A stretch of 64,000 nucleotides of DNA from Propionibacteriaceae bacterium (lineage in GTDB: Bacteria; Actinomycetota; Actinomycetes; Propionibacteriales; Propionibacteriaceae), in the NCBI GenBank assembly GCA_035641455.1, contig DASQUD010000250.1, forward strand, positions 17,741-81,740, read 5' to 3'. Positions 40,110 to 49,373 of the stretch are shown here, in pieces; the first letter of the stretch is position 1; each line of letters begins with the position of its first letter. A program made the position numbers and the translations under genes. The notes below the pieces were generated by a model. That model searched no databases, was not told the origin of the DNA, and saw only the letters and a program-made list of their open reading frames with translations.

Positions 40110-41348
40110 GTGACCGGCCCCCAAGGGTTTCCATCGGGCGTCGCTCCGGTGGGACCACCTGGCAGCTTGCGCGTGCCGCCCGCACTGCTTCGGCAGACAC
40201 GTTCCCCGTTGAGCTGGGTGTCGATGGTCGTGCTCGGTGCCGGCGCCCTTGTGATTGGGCTCCTGCTGATCTTGAACGGCGGTCCGGCGGAGCTGCTGCT
40301 GACGACGATTCTGGCAGCTCTCTCCTTCCCGGTGGTGCTGGTGATCTGTTTTTGGCTGGACCGATATGAACCCGAGCCCGCGCGGTATCGGATGGCTGCC
40401 CTAGGTTGGGGCGGTGTCGTGGCGGTTTCGCTGAGTCTGGTTGCTGAGCAGGTGCTGTTCGCGCTGCCGGGCACGGACGACGTCATCGACACCATCATCA
40501 CGGCGCCAATCGTCGAGGAGTTCGGCAAGGGACTGTTCCTGGTCGTGATCGTGATCTTGCGCCGGTCTCAGGTCCACGGCGTGCTCGACGGCATTGTCTA
40601 CGCGGCGTTGGTGGGCATCGGTTTCGCCTTCGTCGAGGACATCGTCTATTACCTCAGTGCGTTGGATGCGGGTGAGCTGCCGGCCACATTTTTCCTGCGT
40701 GGGGTCATGGGCCCGTTTGCCCATCCGTTGTTCACCTCGGCCACTGGAGTTGGCATCGGCATTGCGGCGACCACGCGAAGACCAGGCGTGCGGCTGACTG
40801 CGCCGATACTGGGTTACCTGGTCGCTGTGCTGACCCACGCCCTGTGGAACGGCAGCGCACTGTGGGGCGGCCGCGGCTTCCTCTTCGCGTACGTCGTCGT
40901 CATCTTGCCGCTGCTGGGGATCGTGCTGGGCCTGGCGATTTGGGCGCGATGGCGGGAGGGCAAACTGCTAGCCACTGCACTGACGCAGGTCGCCCAGTTT
41001 GGCTGGATCCGTCCAGACGAAATCCGGTGGGTGGCCCGCCTATCGGATCGGCTGTCGGGGCGGTCGTACGCGAAACGGGTCGGTGGGAAGCAGGCAGCCC
41101 GAGCGTTGGGTGCCTACCAGCAGACGCTGATCGAGATTGCCTTCCTTCACTCGCGGGCGGTACACGGCACGCCACCGAGAGATATCAATCAGCGGATGGA
41201 CATGCTCCTGCAGCGGGCGGCGCAGTTGCGACCGTACGTCATACTCCCTCAGCCGGCTCTCCGCCAGCCGGGACCATCGAGCTCGACATGGCCGCCTTCA
41301 CTTCCTCCACCCCCGATGCAGCAACCTGGTCAACCCCGGAACTGGTAG
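40110..41348 (+). CDS. PrsW family intramembrane metalloprotease
   Basis: Multi-TM with APIVEEFGKGL and THALWNG motifs. GTG at 40110 follows GGAAGGA. The C-terminal cytoplasmic tail is Pro-rich. Confidence 0.8.
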   Translation: MTGPQGFPSGVAPVGPPGSLRVPPALLRQTRSPLSWVSMVVLGAGALVIGLLLILNGGPAELLLTTILAALSFPVVLVICFWLDRYEPEPARYRMAALGWGGVVAVSLSLVAEQVLFALPGTDDVIDTIITAPIVEEFGKGLFLVVIVILRRSQVHGVLDGIVYAALVGIGFAFVEDIVYYLSALDAGELPATFFLRGVMGPFAHPLFTSATGVGIGIAATTRRPGVRLTAPILGYLVAVLTHALWNGSALWGGRGFLFAYVVVILPLLGIVLGLAIWARWREGKLLATALTQVAQFGWIRPDEIRWVARLSDRLSGRSYAKRVGGKQAARALGAYQQTLIEIAFLHSRAVHGTPPRDINQRMDMLLQRAAQLRPYVILPQPALRQPGPSSSTWPPSLPPPPMQQPGQPRNW

Positions 41349-41364
41349 TTGCCGGTTGGTGGCG

Positions 41365-42375
41365 ATGCGAACAGGCCGGTTTCGTCGAGCAGGGCGTCGC
41401 ACTAACGTCGCCCTGCTACTACTGGTCCTCGGTGCGTTCTTCACCGGATGGCTCGCCTTTGGCTTCGGAACATCGCTGCCGTCCACGCTCACCACGGTGA
41501 GCCATGGCTTGCTCGGACTTGGACTAGTGGCGTTGGTGCCATGGAAGACGGTGATCGTCCGACGGGCGGCGCCAATCTGGCTTGCCAGCCTGCTGCTGGT
41601 GGCCCTCATCGCGGTGTGTCTGGCGGCTGGCTTCATCCAGGTATTCGCCGGGCACCGAGGCTCGGCGGGGGTTAGTCCCCTGCAGATACACGTGGGTGCC
41701 GCGGTGATCGCCGTGCCGCTTCTCGTGTGGCATGTTTTGCGTCATCGCCCTCGCCGCCACCTCCCTGCTCGGGGGGACGTGTCACGGCGCAACCTACTTC
41801 GCACCGGGGCCTTTGCGCTCGCCGTCGGCGCAAGCTATGCGGCACTTGAAGGTCTCGGGATGCTCGCCAGGTTGCCCTCATCGCGCCGCACGTCAACCGG
41901 ATCACACCGGGTGGAGGCTCTGGAACGGCCGGCCACCATCTGGCTCTTCGATCGCGTGCCGCCACTGGATGTGACGCGCCCGGTGGAGGTCGCCGGCGTG
42001 CGCCTCCAGCCGGACGAGCTTGCTGCGAGGTCCCAAGTCGTTCGGGCTCGACTCGACTGCACGGGCGGCTGGTTTGCGGATGCGGAATGGACTGCCGTGC
42101 CGCTCAACGAATTGATCGCACCGGACCGGCTCACCGCGGCGGCCAGTCTGATCGTCACCAGCCTGACCGGCTACTCCAGGCGCTTTCCGGCTGATGACGC
42201 TGCTTCGCTGTGGCTGGCCACGGGTTGTGAGGGCCAGCCGCTGAGTTCAGCCGGTGGGGCGCCCGTTCGGCTGGTAGCACCTCATCGTCGCGGATTCTGG
42301 TGGGTCAAGTGGGTCGCGACGGTGGAATTGAGCGACCAGCCTGCGTTCGCTCAGTCGCCCTTCCCGCTGCAGTGA
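41365..42375 (+). CDS. membrane-anchored molybdopterin-dependent (sulfite-oxidase-fold) oxidoreductase
   Basis: ATG at 41365. About 4 N-terminal TM helices, then RRNLLRTGAFALAVG (twin-Arg-like), LDCTGGWFADAEWTAVPL and APVRLVAPHRRGFWWVKWV, typical of the Oxidored_molyb fold. Confidence 0.7.
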   Translation: MRTGRFRRAGRRTNVALLLLVLGAFFTGWLAFGFGTSLPSTLTTVSHGLLGLGLVALVPWKTVIVRRAAPIWLASLLLVALIAVCLAAGFIQVFAGHRGSAGVSPLQIHVGAAVIAVPLLVWHVLRHRPRRHLPARGDVSRRNLLRTGAFALAVGASYAALEGLGMLARLPSSRRTSTGSHRVEALERPATIWLFDRVPPLDVTRPVEVAGVRLQPDELAARSQVVRARLDCTGGWFADAEWTAVPLNELIAPDRLTAAASLIVTSLTGYSRRFPADDAASLWLATGCEGQPLSSAGGAPVRLVAPHRRGFWWVKWVATVELSDQPAFAQSPFPLQ

Positions 42376-42424
42376 CGCTCGAGCCGCCTCGGCGGCGACG
42401 CCGTCATGCGGAGGCAGACGCAGT

Positions 42425-43363
42425 TCAGCTGGAGGATCCGGTGAGTTCGCGTGGTACGGCGATCACATCCACCAGGGCGCCGTTGCGCCACACTGTGATC
42501 TCTACCCGTCGACCAATGGCGTCCTCCACCATCCGGCGTTGCAACTCAGTGCTTGAGCCGAGTGGTTCACCGGCAACCGCAACCAGAATGTCGCCAACCC
42601 GCAGGCCAGCCGTTTCCGCCGGACTCCCCGTGATGACCTGCGCGACGCGCAATCCCTCACGCCGACCGAGCTTCTTGGCGAGTGGTGGCGGGAGCGGCGT
42701 CTGGCCTCCAGCGATCCCGAGCCATGCTCGTCGAACCCGGCCGACAGCCATAAGGGCGCTGATGATTCGCTGCGTGGTGTCGTTGATGGGCACGGCCAGG
42801 CCGACACCGATGCCCGCGACCGCGGTGTTGACCCCCACCATCTGACCCCGGCTGTCGGCCAGGACACCACCGCTGTTGCCGGGATTCAGAGCGGCGTCGG
42901 TCTGGATCACCTCGTCTACCACCCGACCTTGCCGGGTTGGCAGCGATCGGCCGAGCGCTGAGACGATACCGGCTGTCACACTTCCGGCCAGCCCGAGAGG
43001 GTTGCCCACCGCGACGACCAGTTGACCAACCTGGAGCTGCCCGGCGTCACCGAGACTCACCGGTGTTGGCACATCGCCGCGCGCCCGGAGCACGGCCAAG
43101 TCGGAGAACGGATCCCGGCCCACAACGTCGGCCATCGACTCTGTCCCGTTGGCGAACGCAGCGACTGCTGAGCTCGCCCCCTCCACCACATGCGCGCTGG
43201 TCAGCAGATAGCCATCTGCGGTGAGGACGCTCGCGCTGCCGGAACCCTCACTCCGACGGGAGGCGACCTTCAAGCTCGCCACACTTGGCACGACCCGCTG
43301 CACCACCGCGGTCACTGCCGCCGAGTAGGCGTCCAGCAGCTCGCGATCACGATCATCGATCAT
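42425..43363 (-). CDS. S1C (HtrA/DegP-like) serine protease with C-terminal PDZ domain
   Basis: Contains LLTSAHVV, DLAVLRA, TDAALNPGNSGGVL and a PDZ-like GSPAETAGLRVGDILVAVAG. Confidence 0.85.
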   Translation of the reverse strand: MIDDRDRELLDAYSAAVTAVVQRVVPSVASLKVASRRSEGSGSASVLTADGYLLTSAHVVEGASSAVAAFANGTESMADVVGRDPFSDLAVLRARGDVPTPVSLGDAGQLQVGQLVVAVGNPLGLAGSVTAGIVSALGRSLPTRQGRVVDEVIQTDAALNPGNSGGVLADSRGQMVGVNTAVAGIGVGLAVPINDTTQRIISALMAVGRVRRAWLGIAGGQTPLPPPLAKKLGRREGLRVAQVITGSPAETAGLRVGDILVAVAGEPLGSSTELQRRMVEDAIGRRVEITVWRNGALVDVIAVPRELTGSSS

Positions 43364-43410
43364 GTTGGTCTAACGCCAAGGAATACGATCTGTTCCCTGA
43401 CCGAGCCCGA

Positions 43411-46400
43411 TCAGCTGCAGCCGCTGGTGGAACCGCAGCCTTCGCAGACGTAGCAGCTCCCGCTGGGGCGCATCTTGGTACCGCAGGTAAGGCAGAGGGG
43501 CGCGTCGACGCTGGTGCCGGTGATCTCCTCGAACAGCTCGGATGTGGTCCGAGCGCCCGGGGGCGCCGGCTTGGCGATCGCTACTGGTTCATCCAGTTCA
43601 TCGGTGTTGATGTTCTCGGTACCCATCTGATCTGTGGCGACGAGATCTCCCGGGTCGTTCCTCAGTGACTGGGCCTCGCTGATCTCCTCCGGCTCCAGAT
43701 ATGAGCCGGTCTCGACGTGCCGTGCGCGCTCGGCTGCGGTGTAGATGCCTAGCTCCGCTCGCTCGTCGAAGGAGAGGTAGTCCAGTGCCAACCGGCGGAA
43801 GATGTAGTCCATGATCGACTGCGCCATCCGGATGTCCGGGTCGTCGGTCAGACCGGCAGGCTCGAACTTCAGGTTGGTGAACTTCTGGACGAAGGTCTCC
43901 AGCGGTACGCCGTACTGGAGCCCGATCGACACCGCAATCGAGAACGCATCCATCACCCCGGCCAACGTCGATCCCTGCTTGCCGAGCTTGAGGAACACCT
44001 CGCCAAGTCCGTCGTCAGGGTAGGAACCTGAGGTCATATAACCTTCGGCACCGCCGACCGAAAACGAGGTCGTACGGCTGGGCCGTGACTTGGGGAGCCG
44101 TTTCCGGGTCGGCCGGTAGACCACCTTCTCCACGATCTCAGTCTCGGCTGGAACCGCCGCCTTGTCATCAGCACTTGAGGACTTCGCATCGCTGAGCGGC
44201 TGCCCAACCTTGCAGTTGTCGCGGTAAACCGCCAAGGCCTTCAATCCAAGCTTCCAGCCCTGCCGGTAAACATCGGCGATGTCCTCGACCGTCGCGGTTT
44301 CCGGCAGGTTGACCGTCTTCGAGATCGCTCCGGACAGGAACGGCTGCGCCGCCGCCATCATCCGTACGTGTCCCATCGGCTTGATCGCGCGCTGCCCCAT
44401 GGCGGTATCGAAGACCTCGTAGTGCTCCGGCTTGAGGCCGGGCGCATCGATCACATGGCCGTTCTCGGCGATGAACTCGACGATGGCTTCCGCGGTCTCA
44501 TTCGCATAGCCCAGCTTCTTGAGTGCCCGCGGAATCGTCTGGTTGACGATCTGCAGCGACCCACCACCCACGAGCTTCTTGAACTTGACCAGCGAGAAGT
44601 CCGGCTCGATACCGGTCGTGTCGCAATCCATCATGAATCCGATGGTCCCGGTGGGGGCACAAACACTGGCTTGAGCGTTGCGGAATCCGCTGGCCGCGCC
44701 GATCTTGATCACGCCGTCCCACGCTGCCGTGGCCCGGCGGCGCACGTCGGCACCCAGACTGTCGGTAGTCCGGAGCGCATCGTTGGCCGCCTGATGCTTG
44801 CGCATCACCCGCTTGTGGGCGTCGGCGTTGCGCGCATAGCCCTCGTAAGGACCGACGATGCCTGCCAGCTCAGCCGAACGGCGGTAGGAGACACCGGTCA
44901 TCAGGGAGGTGATCGCTGCCGCCAAAGCCCGGCCACCTTCAGAGTCGTAGCCGTGCCCGGTCGCCATCAGCAGGGCGCCCAGGTTGGCGTAGCCGATGCC
45001 GAGCTGGCGATAAGCCCGAGTCGTCGCCCCGATCGCCTCCGTCGGGAAGTCCGCGAAGCAGATGGAGATATCCATCGCAGTGATGATCAACTCGACAGCC
45101 TGCTCGAACTTCTCCGCATCGAAGGTGTCGTCGTCGCGGAGGAACTTGAGCAGATTGAGGCTGGCCAGGTTACAGGAGCTGTTGTCCAGGCTCATGTACT
45201 CAGAGCACGGATTGGACGCGGTGATCCGGCCGGTCTCGGGGTTGGTGTGCCAGTCGTTGATCGTGTCGTCGTACTGAATGCCGGGATCAGCGCACTCCCA
45301 CGCCGCCTGGGACATCGTCCCGAAGAGCTCCCGGGCGTCGACGGTCTCCGTCACCCGGCCGTCGATACGTGCTCGCAAGCCGAACTGGGAACCGTCTTCA
45401 ACGGCACGCATGAACTCGTCGGTGACCCGGACCGAGTTGTTGGCGTTCTGGTACTGCACCGATGTGATGTCTCGGCCGCCGAGATCCATGTCGAAACCGG
45501 CATCCCGCAGGGCACGGATCTTGTTCTCCTCCCGGGCCTTGGTCTCGATGAACTCGACGATGTCGGGATGATCGACGTCGAGCACGACCATCTTGGCTGC
45601 TCGGCGCGTAGCACCGCCCGACTTGATGGTGCCTGCGCTCGCATCCGCACCGCGCATGAAGGACACCGGCCCGGAGGCGGTGCCGCCAGAGCTGAGCAGC
45701 TCTTTGGAGGAGCGAATCCGCGAAAGGTTGATGCCCGCTCCCGAGCCGCCTTTGAAGATGAAGCCTTCCTCGCGGTACCAGTTCAAGATCGAGTCCATCG
45801 AGTCGTCGACGGACAGAATGAAGCAGTTGTGCACACGCAGATTGCCGGACAGGTACTCGCCGGACTCGGTCTGGATGTCGTAGACGTCCATCGCGCCGCG
45901 TTGCTCGATCCGCTCGACCTGCAGCCGCTTCATCGCTTTGGCCGCGTGACCCGGCTTGTCGAAACTGCTCTCGAGCTTCTCCTGCTTCACCGGGTCGAGA
46001 AATCCGATCTCGTCGGCGAAGATCCGCCGGTCTCCGGCATTGCGGATCCGCAGATTCCAGGTGCCTTGTCGGTTGCCTCTCGATGCTTCCTGAAAGCCCA
46101 CGCGCGCAAAGATGCCAAAACGCAGGAGAAGTGACTGCAGCCCTCGAATCAGCTCTTCCGACATCAGATCGATCTCGATCCCGAAGGAACGGTCCCGGGC
46201 GGCTACCAAGCCCTCGGCCTGGAAGATGCTTCGCAGGTAGGCCGCGACGACGGGTAGCGGCGCTGTGTAGAGCTGTTCCGGGACGACCATCGACTCGTCA
46301 CCAAGCAGCAGGTTCCACTTCTCGATGTAGTCCGACAACTGAGCACCGTAAAGGCGGATCCGGCGGCTGTCGTCACCGTGGTCATGGTTTCGCACGGCGC

Positions 46401-47379
46401 GCTCGTCTCGATCGCCGTCCGGAAACACAACCTCCAGCGCTTTGGTCACCCAGGCCAGCTCGGCTGGCGTTACGGTCCTGACCTCCATGGTCACAGACCT
46501 GTTCCGGCTTGTGTCCTGGCCGACGAAACCATCGGACTGCAGCCAACCGGCCAACGCCGCCTCGGCGATGTCCGAGGAGGAAATCTGGTCCTCTCCGTGG
46601 GAGTCGCGTCGGTGCCACTCGACCATGTCACCCGGCAGAAGGGTGCCTGCCGGAACGAACCGGCCGGTGGTCTCGCTGCTGCTCCGCCACACCAGATGGT
46701 CGGCCGTCACGTCCAGCGCGTAACCAGCCGTGGTGTGTAGCCGCAGCACGTCTTTGACGCCGTTTGCCTTGGTCGCCACGACCGTGGTGAGTCCGTGGGC
46801 GTCGTACACCTTTGTTCCGACAGCGTCGTCCTCGACCAGCCTGCCGATCGGCACCAGCCCGCCAGGAGTGCTGACCAGCGCCTCGTACGGTTGGCAGGCG
46901 CTCACCTGCTGAGGAGAGGGAGTGCCGACGTTGAACCACACCGGCGAATTGAATGAGAAGTACTGGTGGAGCAGCATCCACGTCAGCTCGTGCTCAAATA
47001 TCTCGGCGCTGACCGGATCGGCGAAATACCCGTAGTCCTCGCCTGCCTTCCGATAGGTCTTGACCACCCGATCCAGCAGTTGGCGGAGGCTGTGCTCACG
47101 AGCCGGCGTACCCAGCGCGCCACGGAAGTACTTGGTCGTCACAATGGTCGAAGCGTTAACACTCCAGAAGTCGGGGAACTCGACTCCCTTTTGCTCGAAG
47201 ACGACGTCGCCGGTCTTCCAGTTGGTCTGGACCACGTCGCGGCGCTCCCAGCTCACCTCGTCGTACGGATGGACGCCGTCCGTCGTGAACACGCGCTCGA
47301 CGGTCAGCCCGACGTTCTTGACCCCGCGGGATCGCCGAGCGTCTGATCGCCCATTCGCCGAACGGGTGGTTTCGGTCAT
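43411..47379 (-). CDS. nrdJ: adenosylcobalamin-dependent (class II) ribonucleotide reductase, intein-containing
   Basis: Extein motifs are SPVWFNVGT...QQVSA[C..intein..N]CFILSVDDSMDSI, NPCSEY, CNLASLNL and TVNLPE. The Cys-rich tail is CLTCGTKMRPSGSCYVCEGCGSTSGCS. Confidence 0.95.
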   Translation of the reverse strand: MTETTRSANGRSDARRSRGVKNVGLTVERVFTTDGVHPYDEVSWERRDVVQTNWKTGDVVFEQKGVEFPDFWSVNASTIVTTKYFRGALGTPAREHSLRQLLDRVVKTYRKAGEDYGYFADPVSAEIFEHELTWMLLHQYFSFNSPVWFNVGTPSPQQVSACQPYEALVSTPGGLVPIGRLVEDDAVGTKVYDAHGLTTVVATKANGVKDVLRLHTTAGYALDVTADHLVWRSSSETTGRFVPAGTLLPGDMVEWHRRDSHGEDQISSSDIAEAALAGWLQSDGFVGQDTSRNRSVTMEVRTVTPAELAWVTKALEVVFPDGDRDERAVRNHDHGDDSRRIRLYGAQLSDYIEKWNLLLGDESMVVPEQLYTAPLPVVAAYLRSIFQAEGLVAARDRSFGIEIDLMSEELIRGLQSLLLRFGIFARVGFQEASRGNRQGTWNLRIRNAGDRRIFADEIGFLDPVKQEKLESSFDKPGHAAKAMKRLQVERIEQRGAMDVYDIQTESGEYLSGNLRVHNCFILSVDDSMDSILNWYREEGFIFKGGSGAGINLSRIRSSKELLSSGGTASGPVSFMRGADASAGTIKSGGATRRAAKMVVLDVDHPDIVEFIETKAREENKIRALRDAGFDMDLGGRDITSVQYQNANNSVRVTDEFMRAVEDGSQFGLRARIDGRVTETVDARELFGTMSQAAWECADPGIQYDDTINDWHTNPETGRITASNPCSEYMSLDNSSCNLASLNLLKFLRDDDTFDAEKFEQAVELIITAMDISICFADFPTEAIGATTRAYRQLGIGYANLGALLMATGHGYDSEGGRALAAAITSLMTGVSYRRSAELAGIVGPYEGYARNADAHKRVMRKHQAANDALRTTDSLGADVRRRATAAWDGVIKIGAASGFRNAQASVCAPTGTIGFMMDCDTTGIEPDFSLVKFKKLVGGGSLQIVNQTIPRALKKLGYANETAEAIVEFIAENGHVIDAPGLKPEHYEVFDTAMGQRAIKPMGHVRMMAAAQPFLSGAISKTVNLPETATVEDIADVYRQGWKLGLKALAVYRDNCKVGQPLSDAKSSSADDKAAVPAETEIVEKVVYRPTRKRLPKSRPSRTTSFSVGGAEGYMTSGSYPDDGLGEVFLKLGKQGSTLAGVMDAFSIAVSIGLQYGVPLETFVQKFTNLKFEPAGLTDDPDIRMAQSIMDYIFRRLALDYLSFDERAELGIYTAAERARHVETGSYLEPEEISEAQSLRNDPGDLVATDQMGTENINTDELDEPVAIAKPAPPGARTTSELFEEITGTSVDAPLCLTCGTKMRPSGSCYVCEGCGSTSGCS
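45826..46896 (-). mobile_element. 357-aa intein with LAGLIDADG homing-endonuclease domain inside nrdJ
   Basis: Covers aa 162-518 of the ORF and starts CQPYEALVSTPGG (Cys1). The block-B-like motif is LDVTADHLV. The two LAGLIDADG-like motifs are LAGWLQSDGFVG and AAYLRSIFQAEGLV. It ends VYDIQTESGEYLSGNLRVHN, followed by the +1 Cys (CFILSV). Confidence 0.9.
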
Positions 47380-47454
47380 GTCTACCTCTCTTGTGCCTTC
47401 AGGATGAGCTGGTCGTGGATTGCTACGAAGGTTCTGTGTGGTTGGAGCCGGGCT

Positions 47455-47488
47455 GGGTCCGCGCAGCCTTCCCCTACCGCGCGGACCC
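47455..47488 (-). other. perfect 10-bp GC hairpin in the nrdR-nrdJ intergenic region
   Basis: gggtccgcgc (47455-47464) pairs with gcgcggaccc (47479-47488), leaving a 14-nt loop. No U-tract follows on the minus strand. Confidence 0.5.
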
Positions 47489-47522
47489 TGCCCGGGAGTC
47501 CAGGGGCCGTTGCTAACCCCGG

Positions 47523-48086
47523 CTAGGGCGGGCTGTCTTCGTCGCCGGCCCGCCGCGTCGGTGTGAGCCGGTGCGGCGTGAAATTGCGGATCTTCGTGTC
47601 GGCTTGCCGGTCTGGAATGAGCGGTTCGATGCCAGTCGGTTCCTGCTCGACGCGAAGCAGGGCAATCTCGGCTTCAAAGTCATCCACCGAGCGAAATTGG
47701 CGGTAAACGCTGGCGAACCGGAGATATGCGACCTCGTCGAGCTCCCGCAGGGGACCCAAGATGGCTACTCCCACTTCGTCGGCTGGGATTTCCGGCTGGC
47801 CTGACGCGCGCAGCGAGTCCTCGACGAGCTGACCGAGCCGAGCCAGTTGATCCTCAGTCACCGGCCGCCCCTTGCATGCCTTCCGCACGCCGCTGATTAC
47901 CTTGTCCCGCTGGAACGGCTCGATGACCCCACTTCGCTTCACCACGACCAGTTGCATCTGTTCAACCGTGGTAAACCGGCGGTCGCAGGACGGGCACTGA
48001 CGGCGCCGGCGGATGCTCGTGCCATCCTCGGCGACGCGGGAATCGAGCACCTTGGAGTCGGTGTGCCGGCAGTACGGACAATGCAC
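47523..48086 (-). CDS. nrdR: transcriptional repressor NrdR
   Basis: [42 protein letters not shown] (zinc ribbon) followed by an ATP-cone, with a C-terminal extension of about 35 aa. Confidence 0.95.
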   Translation of the reverse strand: MHCPYCRHTDSKVLDSRVAEDGTSIRRRRQCPSCDRRFTTVEQMQLVVVKRSGVIEPFQRDKVISGVRKACKGRPVTEDQLARLGQLVEDSLRASGQPEIPADEVGVAILGPLRELDEVAYLRFASVYRQFRSVDDFEAEIALLRVEQEPTGIEPLIPDRQADTKIRNFTPHRLTPTRRAGDEDSPP

Positions 48087-48371
48087 GGTCGACTCCCTTC
48101 TCGAGGACGCTCAACTCCGTTTCCACGGGCCGCTGGGGACAAACCCAGAGAATCGTGGGGAGAGAGTGTGGATGAAGCTGTGAACTGTTGTGTGTGATCG
48201 ACCACAACCTGTGGATGAATCACACGCTTGTGAGTACTAGATATAGATTACGTCCGCTTCGCTTGCTTCCGCAAGAGCTACGGTGCAATAGATGACGTCG
48301 CGTCTTCGCCGGACAGCTCTGGATCGACACTGGGCGCGCCAGACGGCCAGATACCTCCGAAACGCGTGACC

Positions 48372-48794
48372 TCAGAGGGAGTTGCGGAGCACCGTATACG
48401 CCACGAGCACGAGCGCCCCGGCCAGCAGCCAGGACGTGGGGCGCACTGCCGCCAGCCGTTCGCCTACCTTGACCGGCAGTCGAACGCGCGGGCCCCCGGC
48501 AAGTTGCACGGTCCACAGCACGCCCAGTGACCCGGCCACGATGAGCCCGACCAAGGCCAGCGGGTTGAACGCGAAGGCAGCAGTTATCTCGAGGTGGAGC
48601 AGCGCGCTACCCATACGGGTTCCACCGCACAGTGGGCAGTTCCAGCCGGTGACTTCCCGGAACGGACACGGCAATCCGAAGCCGGTCGTCGCATACAGGG
48701 CGCTCAATCCGACGCCGACGGCAAAGAAGCCGGCGATCCACTTCAGTCCGGTCTGGGGCTGGAAGCTCGAAACCGCGGGCGCGGTGCTGACCAC
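48372..48794 (-). CDS. DUF2752 domain-containing membrane protein
   Basis: Contains LPCPFREVTGWNCPLCGGTRM, followed by TM helices. Confidence 0.7.
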   Translation of the reverse strand: MVSTAPAVSSFQPQTGLKWIAGFFAVGVGLSALYATTGFGLPCPFREVTGWNCPLCGGTRMGSALLHLEITAAFAFNPLALVGLIVAGSLGVLWTVQLAGGPRVRLPVKVGERLAAVRPTSWLLAGALVLVAYTVLRNSL

Positions 48795-48894
48795 TGGCCT
48801 ATTGTGCTCTTCTCACCCCCGCAACAACACAATGGCCGTCCTTCCGGTGCGTGGCCAGCTCACCTCGTAGCGCCCCACCGCCGCGCCGAGCGAC

Positions 48895-49272
48895 TCACCG
48901 CCGAACTCCCTGACTCTGCCCGTACGGCCGGTACTCGGGGCTGGTGACACGAAAGGCCGTAAGACCGATCACCGTTGCCGCGGTCACCAGCAACAGCAAG
49001 CCGGTCAGGAGGATGAGGGCTACGCCGCGCTCGGTCAGCCGGACTGGTGCGGCGGCGGCCGTCTCAGCAACACAGGCACGTGGTGCTCGTGACCGCGACA
49101 TCGCTGCCGATGGAGCCTCCACAGGGTGTATCGGTCGGCTCTGCGGTCGCACTCCGCGCCCAGATTGAGCCAACGAGCTCACTCGAGCCCGTTGAGGAGT
49201 AGCGGCCCAGGAAAACTGCCGCCGGGTGTCAGGCCGTCCTGCTGCTCCGGCACTCTCCAACTTCATGGTCAT
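48895..49272 (-). CDS. small single-pass membrane protein divergent from lexA (possible SOS regulon member)
   Basis: ATG at 49272 (MTMKLES...). The TM helix is GVALILLTGLLLLVTAATVIGLTAF. A perfect LexA box lies 18 nt upstream of the start. The track ORF is extended to 49668 across the boxes. Confidence 0.4.
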   Translation of the reverse strand: MTMKLESAGAAGRPDTRRQFSWAATPQRARVSSLAQSGRGVRPQSRPIHPVEAPSAAMSRSRAPRACVAETAAAAPVRLTERGVALILLTGLLLLVTAATVIGLTAFRVTSPEYRPYGQSQGVRR

Positions 49273-49289
49273 CAGCGTGTTCCTCCTCA

Positions 49290-49305
49290 TCGAACGCGCG
49301 TTCGA
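49290..49305. promoter_or_regulatory. LexA (SOS) box, perfect palindrome
   Basis: tcgaacgcgcgttcga matches the actinobacterial TCGAAC-N4-GTTCGA operator. Confidence 0.85.
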
Positions 49306-49357
49306 TAGAACGGCTGTTGGATTTGTATCGCAGAATCCGCTGCGCGCCAAAGGCATT

Positions 49358-49373
49358 CGAGCAAAAGTTCGAT
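49358..49373. promoter_or_regulatory. LexA (SOS) box, one mismatch
   Basis: tcgagcaaaagttcga compared with TCGAAC-N4-GTTCGA. It lies about 114 nt upstream of the longest lexA start. Confidence 0.7.

Noticed and set aside
44368-46134. 588-aa plus-strand ORF
   Set aside because: Antisense shadow of nrdJ and its intein. No recognisable motifs, with the Arg/Gly/Asp-rich composition typical of such shadows.
47380-47522. Cobalamin riboswitch ahead of the B12-dependent nrdJ
   Set aside because: I looked for a B12-box-like core on the minus strand and saw none. Only a simple hairpin is present.
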